DNA of 45,867 nt. It comes from Octopus sinensis. Taxonomy: Eukaryota. A model generated the notes under the pieces. The model ran no database searches. It had not been told where the DNA came from and was given only the letters and a program-made list of their open reading frames with translations. The translations under genes and the position numbers were made by a program. How positions within the stretch are numbered: position 1 is the stretch's first letter; every line of letters starts with the position of its first letter. Positions 35,741-45,867 of this stretch are shown here, one piece after another. The DNA lies in NCBI RefSeq assembly GCF_006345805.1, contig NW_021834696.1, positions 1 to 45,867 of the forward strand. The letters run 5' to 3'.

Positions 35741-36626
35741 CACAATGCTGCGTCTTCTTAGTTTCTTAGTTTCCACCATACATTATATATAAATCATTAA
35801 CTTCTGTCGTATTATTTTTAGTATAGTTTACAATAAATTGTTCTGTCTGAGATAAATTTTCTTTAATATTTAACTCGACTTTTCCGTTCGTAGATTTGTT
35901 TCGTATTTTTTTTCAATAAATGATCCATCACTTAGAAATTTTTCCTGATTCAATTAAATCAATCTTTGAAGCAAACATTAACCAATTCTTTCATAATTCT
36001 GAATATTGTTCAAAGAAATCATTGTAAATTTCAGTTGTTAATTGATGCTTAGATTATGAAATTTAAATATAATTTCATCAATGGACATTTTGTTTCTAAA
36101 ACCACGTTTTGCTTTGATGTCGCTTTTCACCCGAGTAGGCAGACACATCCAAAAGAGGAGATTCATTAGAAATTGTGAAAGAAAAGAAAATTCTTCCTTG
36201 TTCCCCCTTGTTTATACTTTAAACTTTATGAAATATAATTTTCATTGAAAATCATTATAGCTTACTTGAGACATTGTGATAAAGAAGTGAATTAGCAAAA
36301 CAGTGAAGACGGAGAGCTTTTTACAATTGAGAAATGGAATAAGTTTAATCATCTTTATATTTCAGGTACAAAGGCCCATCATCTGGAGTAAACAATTAAG
36401 AAATGTTAATCTATTCAGATACCGACCGTCGGCACTCTAACGAATATAACACTTTTAATCTGGTTACCTCTGAAAATGGGTCTTTGTGCCTGTAATATAT
36501 AAAATGTATTAAACTTATTCCTTTTCACATTGTAAGAAAGCGCAGGCGTAACTGTGATGAGAAGTTTGCTTTCTACCCACAAGGTTCCGAGTTCAATCCC
36601 ACCGCGTGGTACACTGAACGAGTAAC

Positions 36627-36745
<119 letters not shown>

Positions 36746-36806
36746 AGGTGGTTCCCCAGCATAGCTGCAGTCAAATGACTAGAAAGAGTAAAAGATATGC
36801 ATACAT

Positions 36807-36848
<42 letters not shown>

Positions 36849-37670
36849 CTGCCAATGTGTGTGTGTCTTTGTTTTAACCTAGCGCTTGACACCCAGCGTT
36901 GGTTTGCTTACGTCCCCGTAAATTTGAAATTCGGTAAAAGAGATACAATAAGTACCAGACCTTAAGGAAAGTACTGAGGTCGATTAATGTGACTAAAAAT
37001 TCATCAACACAGTCCAAAGAGTGAAGCAAGTAAAAGGTAAAAGATTTTAATAATATTTATATTTAACAGAATTGCTTTAATAATCATGCATGGAGGCCTT
37101 GTAAATATAACATTACAAAAGCTGCATCACAAAGACCTTTCATTTCTAATCAGTTATTGATCTTTTATGGAGGGTGTTTTAGGAACAACTTGATGTATTG
37201 ATAAATAGTCAACGACGTTGGAGAGCACGGAGATTAAAATTTAAGTTGAGGACTGGAAGCCATCTTGATACTGAAAAATATTTACCTGGGTCATGATTTA
37301 TGCCGGGTATCAAAATACAGAAATCTTGACTGGTGCTTATATGTATACATACATACATACATACATACATACATACATACATACAAACATACATACATAC
37401 ATACATACATACATACATACATACATACATACATACATGCATACATACATACATACATACATACGTGCATGCATATACATACACACATATACATACATAT
37501 CCATAGAGATGCAGGAAAAGCTGTAAAATGTGCCAACCGATGGAAACTTTGTGGAGTTCACCCTGAAGATATCACCCACATCATAAGCACTTTTCCGAAA
37601 ATGTCATTATGGTATTATCTACCGATGAGACATGATGTTGTAGCTAGGACACTCGATATAACATATATAT

Positions 37671-37723
<53 letters not shown>

Positions 37724-37763
37724 TATATATATATAATATATATATATACATACTTACATACAT

Positions 37764-37813
<50 letters not shown>

Positions 37814-38040
37814 TATGTATATGTATGTGTATCGTTTATTTTTTTACTTGTTTGTCATTAGACTGCGGCCATGGTAAGCACCGCTTTGAAGAATTTAGAG
37901 TCGAATATATCGATCTAAGTACTCTTTAAAGCCTGGTACTTATTCTATCCATTTCTATTGCCAAACCGGTAAGTTACGGAGACATAAACACACCAAGAGG
38001 GTAGGTTCTCAAACACTTTACGCATCCTGTATATATGTGC

Positions 38041-38124
<84 letters not shown>

Positions 38125-38199
38125 ATGTATATATATATATAATATATAATATATATATATATATATATATACATATATTATGGACACTTCCGTCGTTGG

Positions 38200-38437
38200 A
38201 CGACATACAAGGGTTCGGCAGATGATTTGTTTATAGTGATCAAATGTTTGTCTTCACATAAGCTCACTCCTGTACCGGTGCACCGTGTGTCACATGTCAG
38301 ATGACGAAATAATCACAGAGCAACGTAAAATGAAGTTCTTTGCTCAAGGACACAACGAAACGCCTGATCTAGGAATCGAAGCCACGTCTCTCAATCGTGC
38401 GTGCAACACCCTAACCACTTAGCCATGCGCCTTCACA
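38200..38437 (-). mobile_element. tRNA-derived SINE family D
   Basis: rc head GTGAAGGCGCATGGCTAAGTGGTTAGGGTG...GCTTCGATTCCT...TGTGTCCTTGAGCAAAG. Confidence 0.7.
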
Positions 38438-38440
38438 CAT

Positions 38441-38472
<32 letters not shown>

Positions 38473-40121
38473 TCGAACAAAACATAGAGTGTACTAACCA
38501 AAGGATTAAAATTTACCCCAACCTCTCAAAGATCTAACCAGAATGAAATTCAAGGCAATATTTCGGAATTCTGCAGAAAACTGTAAGTCACAGAAGCACT
38601 AAGTGACTACAACGTGTATGAATCACTGGTTAAAAACAAAAGCAATTATCTTCCACCTAAGGGTAGGAATAAATCCCTTCATGACTTCTGCGATCGTATC
38701 CAAAATTTCCCATATACTTTCCATAATCAAAACATTAATTGAAACCTTAACAATTTAGAATGGAAAAATCCAATTGAACTGCAAAATGTCAAAGAACTGG
38801 CAATCAAAGAAGCAGACAAAGGAAGTGCTGCAGTCCTGGTGGACACAGAATACTACAAAAACCTAGTATTATCCATGCTAGGAAACGATGCTTTCTATAA
38901 AAAAAAAATTGTAAACTATAAACAACAAAAAACAATGAAAAATTTTGCATCCCTAGTTCATCCGCATGGAGAAGGCCTTGCAGAAAAAGAAATAGATTAT
39001 ATCACGAACTTTAAATGTAAGCCTAGACTTTTTTACGGCCTGTCTAAAATATACAAGAGCAAGATAATTAATGAAGCCTGCAAACAATCACCAGGAAAAT
39101 ACATAAATATCCTAGCGCCAGAAGATTTAAAGTGAAGACCTATTATGGCTGGCCCAGGCTGTGAAACATACCACCTAAGTAACTTTGTAGACATCCTACT
39201 GAAACCTTTGATGAAATACATCAAAAGTTTCATTAGAGACGATCTAGACATGCTAGAGAACCTATCAAAAGCAACTAATGAAGAGACATTATTGGTTTCC
39301 TTCGGTGTTATTAATCTTTACACCGACATCCCACATAACTATAGAATAGAAGCAATAAAATTCTGGCAGGAAAAGCACTCTGAAGAACATCCGGAACGCA
39401 TAAACCAGGTTTTTATTATTGAAACTTTAGAATATATACTTCAGAATAATTATTTCCTATTTGATGACACCTACTACCGGCAGAATGTGGAATCGTGATA
39501 GGAACGAAAGCAGACCTGTTCTTACGAACCTAACAATGGGACATTTTGAATTCCCCATATATGAAGTCTCACTGCAAAAATATGGATATCCATTTCACCA
39601 TTATATAAGAGAGAACTGGAAAAGATATCGGGATGACTGCTTTATCATTTGGAATGAGACAATTGATACACTTTTAGAATTAACTAAATACTAAATATTA
39701 TAAACATTAACATTCAGTTTACAATGGAATATAGCAAAGGACAGCTCCCTTGTTAGATGTTCTGATGAAAAAAAGTCAGCAAATAAATTGTAACTGACAT
39801 TTATTATAAACCAACAGACTCGAAGAAATATCTTTTGTTTAGTTCATGCTACCCGAAACACATCAAAAGAAGTATTCCCTTTAATTTAGCAAAAAGGATT
39901 TGCACAATAATGTCTGATGGAAATACTCGGGACCTCCGTCTTCAAGACCTCAGAACAACATCAACCAAAAGACACTATCCATTCGCTCTTATAGATGATG
40001 GAGTTAAACGTGTCAACTAAATAGGCATTAAAACACTGAAGGAAACAAAACGAAGCACCACAGCTCATCTCAAAATACTACCGTATATATCAGCTCACAA
40101 CCCTAGAAACAATGAGACATA

Positions 40122-40514
40122 GGCGCAGGAGTGGCTGTGTGGTAAATAGCTTATTTACCAACCACATGGTTCCGGGTTCAGTCCCACTGCGTGGCATCTT
40201 GGGCAAGTGTCTTCTGCTATAGCCCCGGGCTGACCAATGCCTTGTGAGTGGATTTGGTAGACGGAAACTGAAAGAAACCTGTCGTATATATGTATATGTA
40301 TATATGTGTGTCTGTGTTTGTCCCCCTGGCATTGTTTGACAACCGATGCTGGTGTGTTTATGTCCCCGTAACTTAGCGGTTCGGCAAAAGAGACCGATAG
40401 AATAAGTACTGGGCTTACAAAAGATTAAGTCCCGGGGTCGAGTTGCTCGATTAAAGGCGGTGCTCCAGCATGGCCGCAGTCAAATGACTGAAACAAGTAA
40501 AAGAGAAAAGAGAG
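40122..40514 (+). mobile_element. SINE family B inserted in the Penelope-like ORF
   Basis: Full head-to-tail copy. Confidence 0.92.
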
Positions 40515-41203
40515 TAATACCACCCTATAGTACAAAATCTACCACTGCTCACTAGGGATCCAAAAATGAACATTCTCAAAACACATAAATTCATCAAATG
40601 TAAAAAGTAACCCAAATCACTGAATAGTCTACTGACAAATGCAAAGCTTTACACAACAACCACGCAACCAATGGTTACAAAATGTGGACGTTCAAACTGT
40701 GGAACATGCCCCAACCTACTGAAAGGCTCAGAATTCCAATTCAAACAAGAAGAGAAGTTCACAATGAAGACCAGCCTTACTTGTGCATCCGAGGATATAA
40801 TTTATGTTATAACTTGTTTAGGTTGTGGAACAGCTATATAGGACAGGCAAGTATGTTATTTAGACGGAGAACCACACTACATAAGGAACAGAATATAACA
40901 GAAAGAGGCTTGTCTTGTATGAACTTCTGTAGTTCATATAAGATAAGCCTATTTCTGTTATATTCGTTGCATTCGCCGTGTGCATTTTGATAGTGAAAAA
41001 TTTGTGGTTTCAGAGCGATAGCTCTGTTTATTATAAGTGGTGTTCTAATACCGTACTAAATTTGCTTATATTTTTATGTTTACAGGTATTAATAATGGTA
41101 ATGATACCTTATTTAATTTTATATGATTGACCATGATTGACCGTGATTGACCGCTAAATCCACAAGTTTTTTTTTTATTCTCTCTGTTTATTTCCTCGTG
41201 TTC

Positions 41204-41238
41204 CTTTCTGTTGAAAAGTTAGGCCCGAAACGTAAAAG
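41204..41238 (+). ncRNA. Minimal hammerhead-like motif (CTGTTGA core) downstream of the Penelope-like ORF
   Basis: CTTT-CTGTTGA-A AAG TTAG GCCC-GAAA-CG-TA-AAAG: 4-bp stem I, ACGT palindrome, GUA site; stem II eroded. Confidence 0.55.
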
Positions 41239-41358
41239 ACTTTCTCACCTTCCCTAGCGTCAAACTAATACACCTGCTTGTTGTTTATATACCTATTTTC
41301 GTCTTTTGTTTTCAGTAAATTTCAACTACATATATGTATATATATAATATATATATAG

Positions 41359-41409
<51 letters not shown>

Positions 41410-41422
41410 ACGTGTGTACTGA

Positions 41423-41464
<42 letters not shown>

Positions 41465-41716
41465 CTATGTACAAATTTCTACGTTCATGGAGTGGCGCAT
41501 AGGGGACGGGGAAGAAGAGAACCGAACAAAGACTGTTGTGAAACACTAGTTTTATTTTTTTGTTTTTCTTATTTGTTTTTTTTATAAAGCGCATTAGATA
41601 ATGTTGTCGTGGGGCCACTATGACAGAAAATAAGCAACGAGACGAACATGGCTCGACTGCGCTTGGTCAGAGGGATTTGCATGATAATGGTCGACTTCAA
41701 CAACTTCAACAACAAC

Positions 41717-41718
41717 AG

Positions 41719-41761
<43 letters not shown>

Positions 41762-42390
41762 ACACAAAAGCAACAATGACAACAACCTTGAAAATGTACC
41801 ATTTTAAGTGATCGGAACGTGCTAGATCAGAAAATAGATGTGAAACTCTAATGTTTAAATATTCCGGAGACAAACTTCTTGTTAATGAAAGATCTTTTTC
41901 CTGGACATGAAACTTGATTCATGGATTCAACTTGTTGGAAATTTGCCTCTCGTCTGCTCTTAATCAAATATTTGTAATATTGATTCCTAACATTGGCGGG
42001 AGGCCATACATTTTTATGGGGAGGGTAAGATCAATTATATTGATCCCCGTACTCGACATCGTTACCTCTACAACGGCGACGACCTTCCTCGTCGCTATGA
42101 TCCTCATCATCTCCGCCAATACAACTGCTACTACCACCACCACCACCCCACCACTACCACCACCACCGCCACTACAACCGCTACCACCGCTGCCGCCGTC
42201 ACCACCGCCACTGCCGCTACCGCTGCACCCGCTATCGCCACCGTTGCTATCGGCGCCGCTACTGTCAACATCACTCTCACCACCACCCCCACTGCTGTCG
42301 CCGTAGCCGCCACCACAATCATCACCACCGCCGCCTCCGCCTCCGCCATACCGCCATCATCAACATCGCCGCCATCACAATCAATCTCAT
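41717..42390. repeat. (CTA)n run at 41717-41761 and (ACC/GCC)-rich low complexity at 42120-42390
   Basis: Direct reading; source of the poly-L/P/V ORFs. Confidence 0.8.
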
Positions 42391-42794
42391 TATTCCACAA
42401 ACAGACCTCCTGTTACCAGCAACAACACCCGATTTACCATCACAATCTGGCCCTTTAGATGCTTTTAATCTCGTGCACTCCGTTACAAGTATTCAAACTA
42501 GGTCTTCGCTCAGAAATTAATTTTCGTTTTTTTTTTCTCTCTATTTTAACATGTCACGGTCACGGAGGACCCATGAAAAGTCAAAGATGTTGCCTCTCAT
42601 TTTCTGATTATGTTTTCCTCTCCATAAAAACAAGCTGCTATTTTATTTTACCGGCTGTGGAAAGATGAAAGGAAAAGTCGACCATAGTTCAGTTCCAGTG
42701 CGTGGCACATTGGGCGAGTATCTTCTAATATAGCCTCAGGCCGACCGACACCTTGTGCATGGATCTGGCAGACGGAAACTGAAAAGAGACCGCC

Positions 42795-42838
<44 letters not shown>

Positions 42839-42841
42839 TAT

Positions 42842-43538
42842 CATCACAATCAAGGAACGGCCATAATAGGCCATTCACCCACTAGAAATAACAGCCAAAA
42901 GCTTTACCGCAAATAACATCAATTCCGTAAACCAGGAGAAAATTAAAAAACATTTACCCTGTAATTTCTTATACGATGCACCGTTTCGTCTACTGTTTAA
43001 TGGTAAACTAACCTGATTAAATTAAATCAAGCCAATCTACCATAGGCCCTTAGATTCATCAGTAAGAAATAGCCAAGTCGGAACAGATATTTTTCACGAG
43101 GCATTCCCGTCCCTGCCTCGGCAATATCTGACCTAAAATTTTCAAATCATCGCACTCGCGCCAAATTTATCGGCAGCAAATAAATATAAGCCGCCGATTC
43201 CATTACGGAATTAACCAGAAAATTCATAATTAATCAATATAGGGTGGCAAAAAAAATTTTGTAGAATTTTTTTGCCACCAGCGGCCTAGTGGGAAAAAAT
43301 TAAATTAAATTAAATAGTCATAGACCATTTTTAAGTTCAACATCACAATCAAGGAACGGCCATAATAGGCCATTCACCCACTAGAAATAACAGCCAAAAG
43401 CTTTAACCGCAAAGTAACATCAATTCCGTAAACCAGGAGAAAATTAAAAAACATTTACCCTGTAATTTCTTATACGATGCACCGTTTCGTCTACTGTTTA
43501 ATGGTAAACTAACCTGATTAAATTAAATCAAGCCAATC

Positions 43539-43540
<2 letters not shown>
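42842..43540 (-). mobile_element. Young retrozyme-like element: ~499-bp monomer plus ~200-bp near-identical direct repeat
   Basis: Direct repeats 42842-43039 and 43341-43540 differ only by two small insertions; (TA)n on both sides; hammerhead inside. Confidence 0.8.
42964..43070 (-). ncRNA. Type I hammerhead ribozyme motif with long stem II
   Basis: ATTTCTTA-CTGATGA-ATCTA..(~57 nt)..GTAGAC-GAAA-CGGT GC ATCG-TA-TAAGAAAT: perfect 8-bp stem I, canonical core, GUA site. Confidence 0.8.
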
Positions 43541-43584
<44 letters not shown>

Positions 43585-43681
43585 TGTATGTATGTATGTA
43601 TGTATGTATGTATGAATACCATTGGTAACTATCTATCTGTTGTCTCTCTGTCTGTTGTTGTCTGTTTATATATATATATCT

Positions 43682-43714
<33 letters not shown>

Positions 43715-43719
43715 TATTA

Positions 43720-43774
<55 letters not shown>

Positions 43775-43776
<2 letters not shown>

Positions 43777-44085
43777 CGCAATGGCCCAGTGGCTAGGGAA
43801 GCGGACTCGCGGTTTCGATTCCAGACCGGGCGTTGTCAGTGTTTATTGAGCGAAAACACCTAAAGATCCACAGGGCTCCGGCAGTGGGTGGTGGCGAACC
43901 TTACTGTATTCTTTCCCCACAACTTTCTCTCACTCTTTCTTCCTCTTCCTATTTCTGTTGTACCTGTATTTGAAAGGGCCAGCCTTGTCACACTCTGGGT
44001 CATGCTGAATCTCCCTGAGAATAACGTTAAGGGTAAACGTGTCTGTGGAGTGCTCAGCCACTTGCACGTTAATTTCACGAGTAGG
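43775..44085 (+). mobile_element. SINE family C, 3'-truncated
   Basis: Homologous to 2175-2561. Confidence 0.85.
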
Positions 44086-44849
44086 CTGCAAATTTGTCAA
44101 AAATGCTGTTTTGATGAAAGCTATGTATATCATCTATCTGCGGGATCTTCATGGAATAGGAGTAGATGTTTTCAAGAAACAACCTGAACCCCTGCAACTC
44201 AAGGTCCCAGATGAACCTATATCATTGCAAGAAGCTCAAAAGAGAGCAGCAGTTTCGAACTCCCTCCCTCATCAAAAGCCAGTCGCATGAGAATGGCCAT
44301 TGAAAAGGTGATTACACTGATGGTGCACCAGCCTGGCCGCAGTCTCTGGGCTGAAATATATAAAAGAATATACATGCACAATGGGCCTCTACACAGTCTT
44401 TTGGTGCCACATTTTCTCTCAAAGCTTTGGTCAGCCCAGCGCTATAGTAGAAGACATTTGCATAGTGGGATTGAACTCGAAACCACGTGGCTGCAAGGCG
44501 ATCCACTTAACCACAAAGCCAACGCCGCATTTGTTTTTAAAGTAATTCTAACAGAAAGTAAAAGGGAAAAAAAAAAAAAAAAAAAAAACAGAAACAGGAG
44601 CGAAGAGAAGATAAATACCCGTCTTCACTGGATTTTTCTTTGTGTATTAAAATCCACGGCGACATCTGGTGGACGTTTTAATTCGTCTAATTAAAGTATT
44701 TCTTTTTAACACATTTGCTTTACTCCCTCATCTCCCCTTCCTCTTCTCATTACTCTCCCTCTCTCCTTTCTTCCCTTTTTTCCGATCCTTATTTAACACA
44801 TGCGTCTAATGAGGCATCCACAGAAGAAAGGAGCGATAAGTGCATTAGA

Positions 44850-45500
44850 TGTGTATGTGTGTATGTATGTGTATCTCTATGTATTTTTGTATGTGCCTGT
44901 GTGTATGTGGTTGAGTGTATGCCTGTCTATTGGTGTATGAATATTTTCATGTGCATATGTATATATGTGCGTATGTATGTATATGTATATGTGTATATGT
45001 GTATATGTATATATGTGTAAATATGTATATATGTGTTTGGATATATGTACATTTGTATATGTGTGCATATATGTGTATATGTGTATATGTGCATATATGT
45101 ATATCCTTGCATGTGTATATATGTATATGTGTGTGTGTGTAAGTGCATTATGGGCTGGTGCGTGTGCATGTTAGTGAAATTGTGCATGTGTCAATGATTG
45201 TGTATTTGTGTGCGTTTGAGAGTGTGCATGTGTGTGTGTATATGTGTATACGTATGTGTTTGAGAGCGTGTCTGTGTGTGAGAGCGTGTGTGTGTGTGCG
45301 TTTGTGCATGTATGTGTATGTAAAAATGTATATGTATGCGTTTGAGTGTGTGTGTCTGTGTAAATGTGTAAATGTGTATATGTATGCACTTGAGAGTGTG
45401 TCTGTGTGTGTTTAAGAATGTGCATGCGTGTGTATGTTTGTGTGGCTGCATATATGGGGTATTTGTATACGCGGGTGCGTATGTTTGAGTACGAGTGTGG
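44850..45500. repeat. Degenerate (TG/TA)n low-complexity field
   Basis: Direct reading. Confidence 0.85.
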
Positions 45501-45714
45501 GTGGCTTGCCTCAGGTAAGACCCGTTATATGGTGTCATGGGGTGCAATTCTCAAGGGATGAAGCGGAATGCCGGGTGTGGTGGGGGGTGGAGTGGTGGTA
45601 CAGGGTGGATGGATGGTTGGGTGGATGGGTGGATGTTGGCTCTGAGGTGGTGAAGATGGTTTTTAATTTGCCTAATTTCTCTTTTTTTTTCATCACGAAA
45701 CGATCATTACAACC

Positions 45715-45790
45715 TCTCTTCTTCTTCTTCTTCTTCTTCTTCTTCTTCTTCTTCTTCTTCTTCTTCCTTTTCTTCTTCTTCTTCGTTCTC
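45715..45790. repeat. (TTC)n microsatellite
   Basis: Direct reading. Confidence 0.95.
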
Positions 45791-45867
45791 GTCCTCTTCT
45801 TTATTCTCCTCCTCCCACTTCTCTTTTCCGCTTCTTACTCTTTCTGTCTTTTTTTCTTTCTTGTTCT

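Larger units (their letters stand above)
38480..41330 (+). mobile_element. Penelope-like retroelement relic, near full length, with 3' hammerhead-like repeat
   Basis: LTKGLKFTP; IKEADKGSA; FYGLSKIYK; RPIMAGPGCET; INLYTDIPH; WKRYRDDCF; YYKPTD; CGRSNCGTC linker; IIYVITCLGCGTSYIGQ (GIY-YIG); interrupted by SINE-B. Confidence 0.88.

Noticed and set aside
44090-44340. Coding-looking sequence fused to the truncated SINE-C
   Set aside because: No recognisable motif in any frame.

Overview
AT-rich, repeat-dense eukaryotic non-coding DNA. The tRNA-derived SINE families and (TA)n/(CA)n/(TACA)n microsatellite load suggest an octopus or other cephalopod genome; this is inferred from recalled repeat consensus, not tested. 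No intact host gene is supportable, and most ORF-track hits are translated microsatellites. The window holds at least 4 tRNA-headed SINE families (called A-D here), decayed maT (DD37D), Tc1 (DD34E) and Chapaev-like DNA transposons, RTE and Tx1/L1-clade LINE relics, and two Penelope-like (RT + GIY-YIG) retroelements. Two unusual systems stand out. (1) Two highly diverged ORF1-only retroelements (zinc knuckle, no RT; 3046-5297 + and 18817-20564 -) are inserted at the same nucleotide of the tRNA-like head of SINE-B, and their 3' end motif resembles that of a Tx1-clade ORF2 relic in the window. (2) Several short non-coding elements carry type I hammerhead ribozyme motifs; three are 1.2-1.4-monomer partial tandems (retrozyme-like; 365, ~478 and ~499 bp units), and core variants include U3-A8, U6 and a long stem II. 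SINE boundaries are approximate, and all alignments and folds were done by eye.
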